Positions 49,213-60,021 of a stretch of 64,000 nucleotides of DNA are shown here, piece by piece. The DNA is from a virus (lineage: Duplodnaviria; Caudoviricetes): the IMG/VR virus record IMGVR_UViG_3300021399_000098, one strand, 5' to 3'. A program made the position numbers and the translations under genes. Numbering within the stretch: the stretch's first letter is position 1; every line of letters begins with the position of its first letter. Below the pieces are notes generated by a model, which saw only the letters and a program-made list of their open reading frames with translations, did no database searches and was not told the origin of the DNA.

Positions 49213-52200
49213 TTAGGCTCTTACGCCATTTCTATATCTCTGATTGAAGAGGTTCTGAGCTGATGCAGTTTCATCAGTCTGATACTTGTTTCCTGGCGTT
49301 CCTACTCCGTTTTCAGTATATTCTCCACAATCCCAAACATTGCTTACGTATAGACCATTATACTGCGTCTCTGGAACATAGTCATCAAATGCAACTAATC
49401 TAAGTACGTTTGTATCAGTGAACTCTTCTTGTGTAACACCAGTGATGGTAAGTTCCTCATCGGTCATTGCCTTGGTATTACCATGAGATAGTCTTACATC
49501 AACTTCGAAATGTTGGTTATTACCGTATTGTACAACGCGCATTGATGCAGATGGGGTATTTGTATCTACCATCATCTTTAGAAGTTCACAAACTGATTTC
49601 TCAAGTATTGCGTCAGCATTTGCATAAGTTGTTGCAGAATTCAACAAACATCCCTCAGTCTTAGGATATAAAATAACCTCTGAACAGTTACCAACAACAC
49701 CAAGTGCTCTTTCTATTGACTTAGTTTCAGCACTCATACATTCGATGTCTGAATCGATGTCATCAATGTCAGAATTGATATTACAAATTGCACTGTCTAA
49801 TAATGCATCAGCATTATCCATACTTGTTGCTGCACTGATTACACAACCGTTTGCATGTGCTTGGTATTTGTAAATCGTCTGGTCGGCATTCAGACCGCAC
49901 TCAGGTACAGTTATACCCATTACATTCTGTTGTGTCACTTGCAATGCTTTCTTCAAGCAGTCAACTTCCTCGTCTGTGTCCTCAGTCTTAGAACTCAAAG
50001 CACAAACTGCTGTATCAAGTATCTCATCAGCATTGAACATTGAGGTTGCTGCACTGATAACGCAAGCTGCTGCCTTTGGAGTGTATGTAAATCCACTACC
50101 ACACTCTTGGTCAACTGAATGACCGAAGGTTGCAATTTCAACTTGCTTAAGCTCATGTGTTACACACTCTGCTGCTTCCTTTGCCTCAGTGATTGCAGAA
50201 CCACTTGCATAAAGTCCGTTGTTTACGATTCTAATAATGTTATCACCGTATTCAACTTCGCCACCATCGATTTCAACAGCCTTGGTCAAAAGAACACGTC
50301 CGTATAGGTAGTCAACTGCGCCAGTCTCACTAGTGTTAGGAACTTTGGTCAACTCAAGTGCACTACCCTCTGAAGGATTCTTAACCTCCCACTCGTTGAA
50401 CAACTCAGCAACACCGAATTGTAATTCTTGTGCCTCACCGTCAGCGTTGTGGTAGTTGATTATCAAGTTCTTCTCAGTTGGGTCGTAATGGATGCTGTCA
50501 AGCAATGAACCAGCTCCAAGCTTCTGCTGTGACAAAAGAACGTCATTAGTTCCGTATAACTTAATTGTATTTGTTGCAGCATCGTAAACAAGGTTTGCCG
50601 TTGCATAAATACCAGCATTTGTTTCATCACCAATGATTATATTCTTGTCTGAGCTAGATATTGCAACGTGTGCCTTCCAAATATCTGGGTTTGTCTTATC
50701 AACACTAATTGTAGTTGTGCTGTCAAGCGTATGTGTTGCAGCATCGATTGCATCTTGCAATGCGTCATCAGCAGCTTCTCTTGCAGCAGCTTCAGCAGTG
50801 ATAGCAGCCTCAAGTTCTGCATCCTTATCAGTTGAACGCTGGATTTCAGTAGCCAAGTTAGTTGCTATTGTGTTCTCAGCATTTGTGGCTCTGATAACTT
50901 CACTGTTGATAGCATTTCTCAATTCAGTGTCAGCAGAAATACGTTCATTCTTCTCGGTTTCAATCTTATTTTCAAGTTCAGCGTCTTTATTGGTTGAACG
51001 TGTAATCTCTGCCTCCAAATTGGTTCTGAGGATTTCCTCTTCTCTCATTGCACGAGTTGTCTCTGCATCAATATTGCTCTGGAGAGTTGTATCAGCATTT
51101 TCTCTTGCCGTAGCCTCTGCATCAATGTTTGACTGTAGAACACTCTCAGCATTTGTAGCTCTAGTTACTTCATTGTTGATTGCAGTCTGTAAAGCGTTTT
51201 CTGCTGTTGTTGCACGGTCTTGCTCTGCATGGATAGCTTGTGACAAAGCGTTTTCAGCATCTGTAGCCCTAGTAATCTCATTTGCAATGTTAGTTGCATT
51301 TGTGGTAATTCTAGTCTCATGGTCTTCATCAATAGCTTTTGAACGAGCAATTTCAGCATTCAATGCTGTCTGGATTGCTGTATCAACACTTTCCCTAGCG
51401 GTAGCTTCAGCAGTGATAGCACTGTCAATGTAATTCCTTAATTCAGTGTCAGCTTGCTCTCTAGCAGTAGCTTCAGCAGTGATAGCAGAATCAATCTTGG
51501 TGTTCAATGCTGTGTCAGCAGAAATGCGCTCAGTTCTTTCAGTGTTAATAGTTGTAGTTAATTCAGTTCTTAAGTCGCTAATGTCGCTCTCTCTCAACTC
51601 TGCCTCATGATTAATCATGTCCTCTAACAAGTGGTCAGCAGTTTCTCTTGCAGTAGCTTCAGCAGTGATGGCACTATTAATGTAGTTTCTTAACTCTGTG
51701 TCAGCATTTGCACGATACATTGCTTCGTTGTTAATTGCAGTCTGGAGTGCAACGTCAGCAGCTTCTCTTGCAGTTCTCTCAGCCTCAAGTGCTGCGTTGA
51801 AATCACTTCTGATTTCAGCATCGGCAGCAATACGGTCAGATTTCTCTTCTTCAATCTCAGCCTCAAGGTCTTCTCTTAATATGTCAATTGGAGCACTTGA
51901 CACATACAAAGCACCATTGTCATTGACAAGCATATTATCGTCATGGTCTGAAATGACTGTTTCTGCATATAGTACATCTTGCGTTGCACCACTTTCTCTT
52001 ATTTTAGAAAGCTTGATTGCACCGTCTGTGCTTTCAGAAACACGCCATTCGTTAATCAATGCGCCAACTGGAATAACCACATCAGGCATTCTATGGCCGT
52101 TAACCGTGTACTCGATTATGATTGCTTCCCTAATTGGGTCGTAGTAAATCTTATCTACAACTGAATTGGTCTTTAGGTCATAAACCTTAGTTCCATTCGT

Positions 52201-54396
52201 GGTCTTGAAGATAAGTTGGTTAGAACCAGTCTCTTCATTGAACTCATAGATAAGGTCAACGCCTGCATATATACCATCGGCATTAAGCTTGATGATGTTT
52301 GGTTTGTTATCCTCAACCTCACTGCTTATGTTAACGCTAACGTTAGGTCTAATTGGGTCAGTTCTGTCAACATTGATTGAATTGTCAGTATTGATAACGT
52401 CAACCAACTTACCTTCACTGCTTGCGCTTAAGGTGTCAATTGCACCGCTCAAGAAATTATCAGCGGCTTCTCTTTCAGCCTTTTCTCTGTCGAACTCATC
52501 CCTTACGGTATTACGGATGTCAAATCCTTCACCAAGGGCATCGTCAAATTTCTTTTCAATTCTCTGTTCCTCTGCGGTTGCTCTAGCAATCTCAGCTTCG
52601 GTCTGTGCAGAAAGGATTGAAAGGTTTGCTGAAATTGTTTCAGTCTTAGCTGAAATGGTATCAGTCTTTGCAGAAAGCTCATTGAACTTATAGGTTACTG
52701 TTTCGTGACCATCGGTTGTGAAACCAGTACCAATGGTGGTTTCAATGGTGTTGATTTCCCTATCATGCTCAGTGTCCTTTTCAGTTGAACGTGTAATCTC
52801 TTCATCCAACTTATTCTCAATTCTTTCATCCTCAGATGTTGAACGAGCAATCTCTGCATCAAGGTCAGCTCTTACGCTGTCAACTTTACCACTAGTTTCG
52901 TTAAGTCTAGCATTGATGTCTGCGTCACTTGCAATCAACTTGTCAAGTTCAGCCTCAACAGTGCTTTCCCTACCATATCTGATGTTATCAGCAGTACCCT
53001 TTACAAACAACTCATGGTTCTTGTCAACCAATATGTTGTCTGGGTCATTATAGATTGCTGCGTCAGCAGAAACCTTATCATTTCCTCCAATTACTCTTTC
53101 CTTGTGAAGCTTAACATTGTGGCCATCATTCACAATATCCCACTCCCAGTTCATGAGCAATTCACCGATAGGAATGTCAACGAACTTTGTTTCTCCGTGA
53201 CTGTCTTTATATGTAATTACAAGAACTTCTCTAGTTGCATCGTAATATATATTCTCCAAAATTTCAACGCTGTTAAGCGCAATTCTTTCGGTGTTTGTGC
53301 CACCTGTTACGTTTGAAGCCGTAAAGATAAGTGTGTTTTCACTAGGAACATACTTCAACGTTGCTGAAGCAAAGATACCATCTGGCTTTTCGTAAATTAT
53401 GTTACTGCCGTCACTAGATACCTTTTTCTTAGCGCACTCATTCAAAGCGTCTGCAACAGTAATCTCAACGCCATCCTTAAAGTAGGCGATGTTGTCTGCC
53501 ATACCTCTAACATACAAGTATCTTCCATCACTGGTCTTCTTCAAGATGTTGTGAGCCATGTCAGCAAGTCTAACGTCTGCTCTCAAGATGTCTTGCCAAG
53601 GTTCTACGTGGTTGTGTGCTGCATCGTCACCGTAGCCTATTTCCTCTTTGGTCAACACGATAGGGGTCTTTGATGCTTCACCTTCGACATCCCATTCATC
53701 AACCAAACGCTCAAGGTCAATTACGATTTCGCCACTCTCTTTCATGAAAAGATGTAATGACTCATCTTCTACGGAGTATTCACCACCTACCAAATAATTG
53801 TTAGGCAATTTAACGCTAGTCTTCTCAAGTTCACTAGTCTGAGCATTGTTTACTACGAATGTAAAGGTTTCCCTTTCCTCGTCATAAGTCAAGTTAACAT
53901 ATGTATACAAACCATCCTCTGTTGTCATTATACGATTTGGAAGACGAACATTGTCAAAAATATGCGCCTCTGCAACTTGAACGTCACCACTCAAAATAGT
54001 GCCATCATCAGTCTTCTCAGCGTAAAGCTTCAAAGTGTCTGTGTCTTTGGTTACAAGAGTCAAACTCCTTACAACCTTTTCAAGCTCTTCCCAAAGGTCT
54101 TGTATTTCAGACTCAGTTTTATCTATATCTATGATACAGAACTGGTTGTCTGCATATTGTACACCTTCATTGGTAGCAGAACCGATGACAAGGATGATAT
54201 GTGGGTCTTCCTCGTTCTCCTCGTTCTTATACCTGAGAATAGTTGGCTCGGCAAGCAAAGAAAAGCCATAAGAATCGTCTTCAGCAGCCATGCTTGGCTC
54301 TGTTGCACGTCTTATACCTGTGTAAATATACTCAATTGCTTGCTCCCTAGTCTCAAATATTTCACTATGGTGTCTAAATTGTAATCTATTCTTCAT
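49213..54396 (-). CDS. Very large fibre/structural protein with long coiled-coil repeats
   Basis: 1727 aa; many EATARE.AD..L / EITRAT.AE repeats; repeated I.YD...L.I.Y...EW modules; Cys-rich C-terminus; WDCGEY. Confidence 0.7.
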   Translation of the reverse strand: MKNRLQFRHHSEIFETREQAIEYIYTGIRRATEPSMAAEDDSYGFSLLAEPTILRYKNEENEEDPHIILVIGSATNEGVQYADNQFCIIDIDKTESEIQDLWEELEKVVRSLTLVTKDTDTLKLYAEKTDDGTILSGDVQVAEAHIFDNVRLPNRIMTTEDGLYTYVNLTYDEERETFTFVVNNAQTSELEKTSVKLPNNYLVGGEYSVEDESLHLFMKESGEIVIDLERLVDEWDVEGEASKTPIVLTKEEIGYGDDAAHNHVEPWQDILRADVRLADMAHNILKKTSDGRYLYVRGMADNIAYFKDGVEITVADALNECAKKKVSSDGSNIIYEKPDGIFASATLKYVPSENTLIFTASNVTGGTNTERIALNSVEILENIYYDATREVLVITYKDSHGETKFVDIPIGELLMNWEWDIVNDGHNVKLHKERVIGGNDKVSADAAIYNDPDNILVDKNHELFVKGTADNIRYGRESTVEAELDKLIASDADINARLNETSGKVDSVRADLDAEIARSTSEDERIENKLDEEITRSTEKDTEHDREINTIETTIGTGFTTDGHETVTYKFNELSAKTDTISAKTETISANLSILSAQTEAEIARATAEEQRIEKKFDDALGEGFDIRNTVRDEFDREKAEREAADNFLSGAIDTLSASSEGKLVDVINTDNSINVDRTDPIRPNVSVNISSEVEDNKPNIIKLNADGIYAGVDLIYEFNEETGSNQLIFKTTNGTKVYDLKTNSVVDKIYYDPIREAIIIEYTVNGHRMPDVVIPVGALINEWRVSESTDGAIKLSKIRESGATQDVLYAETVISDHDDNMLVNDNGALYVSSAPIDILREDLEAEIEEEKSDRIAADAEIRSDFNAALEAERTAREAADVALQTAINNEAMYRANADTELRNYINSAITAEATARETADHLLEDMINHEAELRESDISDLRTELTTTINTERTERISADTALNTKIDSAITAEATAREQADTELRNYIDSAITAEATARESVDTAIQTALNAEIARSKAIDEDHETRITTNATNIANEITRATDAENALSQAIHAEQDRATTAENALQTAINNEVTRATNAESVLQSNIDAEATARENADTTLQSNIDAETTRAMREEEILRTNLEAEITRSTNKDAELENKIETEKNERISADTELRNAINSEVIRATNAENTIATNLATEIQRSTDKDAELEAAITAEAAAREAADDALQDAIDAATHTLDSTTTISVDKTNPDIWKAHVAISSSDKNIIIGDETNAGIYATANLVYDAATNTIKLYGTNDVLLSQQKLGAGSLLDSIHYDPTEKNLIINYHNADGEAQELQFGVAELFNEWEVKNPSEGSALELTKVPNTSETGAVDYLYGRVLLTKAVEIDGGEVEYGDNIIRIVNNGLYASGSAITEAKEAAECVTHELKQVEIATFGHSVDQECGSGFTYTPKAAACVISAATSMFNADEILDTAVCALSSKTEDTDEEVDCLKKALQVTQQNVMGITVPECGLNADQTIYKYQAHANGCVISAATSMDNADALLDSAICNINSDIDDIDSDIECMSAETKSIERALGVVGNCSEVILYPKTEGCLLNSATTYANADAILEKSVCELLKMMVDTNTPSASMRVVQYGNNQHFEVDVRLSHGNTKAMTDEELTITGVTQEEFTDTNVLRLVAFDDYVPETQYNGLYVSNVWDCGEYTENGVGTPGNKYQTDETASAQNLFNQRYRNGVRA

Positions 54397-54420
54397 TTTA
54401 TTATATTGTTTTCAAACTTA

Positions 54421-56748
54421 TTAGATTTCACCAAAATTACCGTCAAACACAATCTTAATGAAGTGTTCTTCATTTCCGTCTTTTGATTTAAGAACCATGT
54501 TAGGGTCATGAGTTGATGATGGATTCTCTTGGTCAGTTGAATACTGTGGTGCAACTACCATTTCATAAGGATTGTTTGCTGGGTCAATCAACTGTCCGTC
54601 AATCTCATCCTCTCTTGCCTTTGCACGCTCAATTTCCTCAAGAAGCTCTTCCTCTATTTCATCTTCCCTTTCGGTTGCTCTTTCGATTTCATCGTTAATC
54701 TTCTGGTCGAGTCTTGCTTCCTCTTCCATTGCTCTAGCAGTCTCAGCATCAATCTTTTCATCAAGAACTTGCTCTGCTGCTGTTGCTCTTTCGATTTCAG
54801 CATCAATCTTAGTGTTCAACTCAGTCTCGGCACTGATTGCACGAGAAATTTCATTGTTAAGGGCTTCCCAAAGTTCCTCATCTGCTGCAATACGGTCAGA
54901 AATCTCTTGGTCTATCTTATCATCAAGATAAGTGTCACCACTGATTCTAGCCTCTATTTCAGCATTTAATGCATCCCAAAGCTCTTCATCAGCAGCTTCT
55001 CTCTCAGACTTCTCCTCATCAAGTGCTTCTTGTAAAGCGGTGTCAGCAGAGATGCGTTCTTCTCTCTCCTGCTCCAATGCCTCCCAAAGCTCTGTGTCAG
55101 CAGAAATGCGCTCTTCCTTCTCTTTGATGATTACTGGAAGTATTAGCTTCAATACTCTCTCAACAACAAGGTCATCCGTGTTTACAAGGTCTTGGTTACA
55201 ACCATCAGTTGTGTAAACCCTATATTCAACGTTTCTCTGTGGTTCGTGAGCAATTGTAATGGTGTCACATTCCTCTTCGTCAAGGTTGTTTATTCTCCAA
55301 CAGTATTCAACTGTGCTTTCAACGCTAGTGTCAAAGCAAGTGTTTTCAATAACCACTGTATCGCCCTCATTCATGAGTTTCTTTTCCCAGTAATTACCAT
55401 TCCACTCGTTCAAGAAAAGAACCTTTCTCTTCTCTAGAATTTCACCATTGTTTACATCTGCTACTTCAGCATTCTTCTTGTCTTCGTCAAATGTGACGAA
55501 ACCTCCCTTCTTGGCATAGTTGGAAGCTAACCAAATTTGGCCACTCTTAGGGAACAAAATGGTCTTGTAAAGAACACCATCAATATATTCTGAATCGAAA
55601 TAGTTAGAACCATCATAATCCTTTACCAATCTAATGCTATAGAATGGGTTTGGGCATTCAGCAGCTTGAAGAACTCCACCTTTGTTCCATGCAAAATTCT
55701 TTACATAAACATCTTGGTCATCATCACCATGAACGTGAGTAGTTGTCCAGAAATAAGCTTGCTCTTTAAACTCATTTGCTTGAGGTCTATCATAAGCATC
55801 CTTAACGACAACACCGCTTGGTAAAATGGTCATTCCATACTTATCAACACCAACTGGTGAAATGTCCTTCTGTCTTGGAGAATTTGTTCCATCAAATTCT
55901 GAATCGTCAATATCATCAGAATAAATTTCTTCAGCAGAACAACCTGTCATTGGCTTTGTAACTGTACATTCACACTCTGGCTGACCCAACCATCCACATT
56001 CTGACTTGAGGTATTTACCAGCAAGCATGCCAAGTTCAACATGACATCTAGCAGAATTATGGTTCTGGTATTCACATGGTTCAATTGAATTCAAAAGTGC
56101 ATCCCAATCTGCCTTAGTTGGAACTCTCCAACCCTTTCCTTCTGCATTCAAATTGTTGACAATCTTGTCAAGGCCAGCTCCGTTATATAGATAACCGTAA
56201 TCGTTGACATACTCAACTGTGACGTATCTAGTACCTAGCTTTGCAACCTCTGGCAAACTACCACCGTTAGTTAAATCAATTTTCCCTTTAACTGGTGCAT
56301 ACATACCAGTTTTCTCAACACCGTTAAGTCCAAGAGGAGAATCAATTGTACCGTCTCCCTTCAATGTACCATCTGTAATTACTTTTGTAAGAATGTCATG
56401 ACCAATGATTTCCATTAAATTGTCAATGGTAATCAATTTATCAATTACGACTGTCTTAGGGCCGTCAACACAATCATAAGAAATAGTGATTGACTTTCCA
56501 CTTTCAGTACAGTCAGTTTCGACATTCAAATTGTAAGTAACGTCAGTAAGAGGAACGATGAGCTTTTCACCGTTATTCCTTGTAAGTACAAGAGTTTTAG
56601 ACTCCCTAATGAACTCGGCACTCTTAATGTCCTCATCCTTTAATGCCAAGAAATTGCTGTCAATTTCATTAATGGTTAAACGGCAGTTCTTGGTCACATC
56701 CTCTGGATAAGGACTCTGTAATTTGTAATAATATAAGCCTTTTGCCAT
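54421..56748 (-). CDS. Structural protein with an internal Fib_succ_major (C-type-lectin-like) domain and coiled-coil repeats
   Basis: YGYLYN, GWRVPTKADW, AGKYLKS, AYFWTTT, YSIRLVKD; ERISADTELW repeats. Confidence 0.75.
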   Translation of the reverse strand: MAKGLYYYKLQSPYPEDVTKNCRLTINEIDSNFLALKDEDIKSAEFIRESKTLVLTRNNGEKLIVPLTDVTYNLNVETDCTESGKSITISYDCVDGPKTVVIDKLITIDNLMEIIGHDILTKVITDGTLKGDGTIDSPLGLNGVEKTGMYAPVKGKIDLTNGGSLPEVAKLGTRYVTVEYVNDYGYLYNGAGLDKIVNNLNAEGKGWRVPTKADWDALLNSIEPCEYQNHNSARCHVELGMLAGKYLKSECGWLGQPECECTVTKPMTGCSAEEIYSDDIDDSEFDGTNSPRQKDISPVGVDKYGMTILPSGVVVKDAYDRPQANEFKEQAYFWTTTHVHGDDDQDVYVKNFAWNKGGVLQAAECPNPFYSIRLVKDYDGSNYFDSEYIDGVLYKTILFPKSGQIWLASNYAKKGGFVTFDEDKKNAEVADVNNGEILEKRKVLFLNEWNGNYWEKKLMNEGDTVVIENTCFDTSVESTVEYCWRINNLDEEECDTITIAHEPQRNVEYRVYTTDGCNQDLVNTDDLVVERVLKLILPVIIKEKEERISADTELWEALEQEREERISADTALQEALDEEKSEREAADEELWDALNAEIEARISGDTYLDDKIDQEISDRIAADEELWEALNNEISRAISAETELNTKIDAEIERATAAEQVLDEKIDAETARAMEEEARLDQKINDEIERATEREDEIEEELLEEIERAKAREDEIDGQLIDPANNPYEMVVAPQYSTDQENPSSTHDPNMVLKSKDGNEEHFIKIVFDGNFGEI

Positions 56749-56862
56749 TGTTACTTGTTATTTTTGAATTTATTTTTTAATAATAAATATTGAAAGTTTT
56801 TAACTTGTTTCCGTTTTCATACATATTTATAATGTAAAATATATATAAACCCTACAATTTTT

Positions 56863-57186
56863 ATGAAACACCCAAAAGGCTACTGGAAAAACAGGGATAA
56901 CATGATGAAAGAAGCTAGAAAATATTCCACTAAGGAGGCGTTCAAAAAAGGAAACTTGAGTGCCTTTCTAGCGGCATATCGTTATGCTTATATAGACGAA
57001 ATGTACTGGTTAGTTAAACAAAAACAACATAAAAAGGGATATTGGAACTATAAACACATTGAGGAAGAAGCATTAAAATACAAAACAAAAACTGATTTTT
57101 TTAAAGGAAATCAAACAGCATATAGGGCAGCACTGAAATTGGGAATAATCGATGACTTCTTTAGCTTCAATAATTATGTGGAATAA
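56863..57186 (+). CDS. Small basic protein with two endonuclease-associated-type DNA-binding repeats and no nuclease domain
   Basis: 2x KGYW.....EA.KY.TK..F.KGN..A..AA. Confidence 0.6.
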   Translation: MKHPKGYWKNRDNMMKEARKYSTKEAFKKGNLSAFLAAYRYAYIDEMYWLVKQKQHKKGYWNYKHIEEEALKYKTKTDFFKGNQTAYRAALKLGIIDDFFSFNNYVE

Positions 57187-57221
57187 AAAAAAGAGCAACC
57201 GATTAAGTTGCTCTCTGTTTT

Positions 57222-57722
57222 TTATTTTTGATATTTTTCAACTCCCTTTTGAAAACCATAATTATATCCAGCCTCATTATTATGACTTCTAAGAGGGTTT
57301 GGCGTATTTAAACTATCCTTATAACCTTTCCAAGCTTCATCATCAGCTCTTCCAATAATTTTGGAATTTTCAGCCCTATCTTTAATACCCATATTAGTTC
57401 TATACCCCTTTGCTGCTCTCCTACCTTTAACTGCATTAAGGGCAAAATTACCACGAGGCGTATCACCAATTTCACTCAGTATTCTGTTTACAGACTCTTT
57501 AACAATTCTATGTAAGTCTGACTCTGTTAATCTTATAATGGTTTGTTCCTCAACTTTTTCTGGAAGTCCTTTATGCTTTGTTTCAGCAAAATCTTTAACA
57601 TCATTCATTGACATTCCATTTGCAGCTTTCTTTATCTTGCTGCTTGGATTCTTCATTTCACCTTTCTTATAGGCATCAACCATACCGAAGAATCTCTGTT
57701 GTGCTTTACTCTTACTTGGCAT
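57222..57722 (-). CDS. DUF3008-like N-terminus plus internal IRLTESDLHRIVKESV tag
   Basis: MPSKSKAQQRFFG..DFAETKHKGLPEKV; tag at 57468-57539. Confidence 0.75.
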   Translation of the reverse strand: MPSKSKAQQRFFGMVDAYKKGEMKNPSSKIKKAANGMSMNDVKDFAETKHKGLPEKVEEQTIIRLTESDLHRIVKESVNRILSEIGDTPRGNFALNAVKGRRAAKGYRTNMGIKDRAENSKIIGRADDEAWKGYKDSLNTPNPLRSHNNEAGYNYGFQKGVEKYQK

Positions 57723-57723
57723 A

Positions 57724-59706
57724 TTAATTAGTATTTAATTTATTATTTTCGTATTTGTAGTTATTTTCTATAATTAATTGCTCCATGAAACAATTATAAA
57801 TCTTGAATGACTTAAGATAACCGATGAAAGTACCAGCAAAACTCTTCTCTAGAGGGTAAACCCTAGTTGGGTCTAGCATATAGTTATACTGTATCGTCTC
57901 AGCCAATCCTTGCGTACCTCCACCTATTGAAATGTTGTAAGGAACGCCCTCTTGCTTCTCATATAAGTCATTCAAAGCTTTTGGACTGATTCTAGGTAAT
58001 TCCTCTGTGATATATCTAAGCTTTCCGTTTACATAGAACATGAGCTTCATCTTGTCACCGCCCAAGAACGTTATTCTAACATTAACAGTAGTCCATTCAC
58101 AATCTGGTATCACGTTTTCAAATGAATAACCTTCCATTATCTTGGTCTTGTCATCGCCTTCCTTGTCACAGTCAATCGTAAGCAGTCTATAGCCTATTTC
58201 ACCATTATCTGTGATTCTAAACGCCAAAGCATTGTTATAGATGTCATAGTATGGATTATAGTAATTGATGTCCTTATCCCTAAGTTCGTCAATGTTGGCA
58301 ATGGTATATCCAGTCTTTGTACGGTTCATCAATATGAAAAGATTACCTTTGAAATGGTTTTTCCTACCCATGTACATAAATTCAGTACCTTCAACCCAAT
58401 TGGCAATCGTCTTGCCGTTTTTAGTTCTGTCAAACATCATAAACTTGTTGTCAGTGTAGAAATAGTACCAATTTGCCTCTTTCAAGTTGAAACCATTGTC
58501 AGTGTAATATTCAAAGTCTGATATGTCCAATTCTGGCTCAACATAGTCTTGACAGTCAACCGTGTCTTCTAGTCCATCCCATCCTCCAATATATCCGTCT
58601 CCAAAAGGGTCATTCCAGTCGATTTCAGACGTTTCTGACGTGGTTGTGGACTTGTATACCTTCTTGTACTTAATAGGGCATCCACAGCCCACAAAATAAG
58701 GCTGTAGGGTATAATCCTTTTCAACCTTGCCACAGCACCAACCCATTGTTATATGGTCTTCATCTTCATCTATCAATTTCGGCTGTTTCCTAACTTCAAT
58801 TTCAAGGTAATCTGACATGTCCTCCCAATCACAATAATCATCAGCATATAACTCATCGTCATAGTAGTTGAAATTGGTATAATCGTCAATGTCTAGGAAA
58901 TCACCGACATAGTTAAGGCTGACATCGCTGAAATTGCCTATGATATGAGTTTTCTTGTCTATACCGCCATCTTCAACGAAATCATCCATTCCCAACTGGT
59001 AACATTCCTCAAGCCCATATTGGTCATTTTCATCATATAGATAAACCCACTTGTTCTCAGCCCTAGTTCCGATATAGAAGAAAATGCCCTTATTTTCAGG
59101 ATATTTGTCATTCAACGTTTTTGTTGACTCAGCTTCTAAATCACACTTTTTCAAAGTGAACTCAAAATAATACACATCACCGTCATCAAACTTGGATGGC
59201 AAAACTTGGTACTTGTCACATTCTGTCTTGAAAAAGCCTTGGTAGAAACCACCATTTAACTTTACATAACCATCTTCAACATGCAACGGATATTCGTATA
59301 ACAAAGTATTGCCACTAACGGCATGTAGCTTGAGCCTATTATCATCAGCTTCAATCTTCAACGTGTTTGACTTGAACAAGTCAACAAAATCCTTATTGCT
59401 TATTCTGTCTTTCCTGTAGGTGAAAAGACCGTTGTCAACTCCAGTGTATGTTATATTATATAATGTATGTTCCAATGATATGGATTTATCCCATGTATAA
59501 TCGTTCTTTCCGTAAATCCAATTATCCTCACCAATACAGTCACTATCAGACAAATCTATGTACGATATAAGGCACTTATCATACAACTCATTTGGATTGC
59601 TTCCATAATACCCATAAGAGTCCTTATTAACAAAGAAATCCCAATACTCATCCTTGTTAAATCTAAATTTTAGCCTATGATAGTTATTTACCTTTAAATT
59701 TGCCAT
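57724..59706 (-). CDS. Large acidic structural protein, LamG/concanavalin-like
   Basis: LNGGFYQGFF, GIFFYIGTRAENK, LMFYVNGKL, ISIGGGTQGL. Confidence 0.55.
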   Translation of the reverse strand: MANLKVNNYHRLKFRFNKDEYWDFFVNKDSYGYYGSNPNELYDKCLISYIDLSDSDCIGEDNWIYGKNDYTWDKSISLEHTLYNITYTGVDNGLFTYRKDRISNKDFVDLFKSNTLKIEADDNRLKLHAVSGNTLLYEYPLHVEDGYVKLNGGFYQGFFKTECDKYQVLPSKFDDGDVYYFEFTLKKCDLEAESTKTLNDKYPENKGIFFYIGTRAENKWVYLYDENDQYGLEECYQLGMDDFVEDGGIDKKTHIIGNFSDVSLNYVGDFLDIDDYTNFNYYDDELYADDYCDWEDMSDYLEIEVRKQPKLIDEDEDHITMGWCCGKVEKDYTLQPYFVGCGCPIKYKKVYKSTTTSETSEIDWNDPFGDGYIGGWDGLEDTVDCQDYVEPELDISDFEYYTDNGFNLKEANWYYFYTDNKFMMFDRTKNGKTIANWVEGTEFMYMGRKNHFKGNLFILMNRTKTGYTIANIDELRDKDINYYNPYYDIYNNALAFRITDNGEIGYRLLTIDCDKEGDDKTKIMEGYSFENVIPDCEWTTVNVRITFLGGDKMKLMFYVNGKLRYITEELPRISPKALNDLYEKQEGVPYNISIGGGTQGLAETIQYNYMLDPTRVYPLEKSFAGTFIGYLKSFKIYNCFMEQLIIENNYKYENNKLNTN

Positions 59707-59764
59707 GTAATCTTCATTATTTTGTCATAAATAAATATTTATTTAATAATAAAACAAATAGATA

Positions 59765-60016
59765 ATGAAAATAATTAGTTTAAACGAATCACAGTTTGGA
59801 AGACTGTTCGAAGGAATTACTGATGGAGACTTCGGTGATAATCCTGTTCCAGACAGATTTGGGGCTGAAGTTACTGACCAAGCAAAACTCCACGAGCCAA
59901 ATGCTTCAACAGATGATACAGAAAATTCAGACCCAACACAAGTTCCTAAAACACCTAAAATGCACACTAGCCAACACTGGGGTGTTACTACTAGAAGTGC
60001 ATCAAATACAATTTAA
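59765..60016 (+). CDS. Small hypothetical protein (MKIISLNESQF tag-like N-terminus)
   Basis: First gene of a plus-strand cluster after the palindromic motif. Confidence 0.6.
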   Translation: MKIISLNESQFGRLFEGITDGDFGDNPVPDRFGAEVTDQAKLHEPNASTDDTENSDPTQVPKTPKMHTSQHWGVTTRSASNTI

Positions 60017-60021
60017 AAGCT

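Noticed and set aside
50700-55150. Recurrent nucleotide repeats (e.g. gcttcagcagtgatagc) as a CRISPR-like or non-coding array
   Set aside because: They are in-frame coiled-coil peptide repeats (AITAEATARE, ERISADT) without a constant repeat-spacer period
55600-56250. Fib_succ_major-like domain of 54421..56748 as a third DGR target
   Set aside because: The domain is internal, shows ordinary codon usage and has no similarity to the TR
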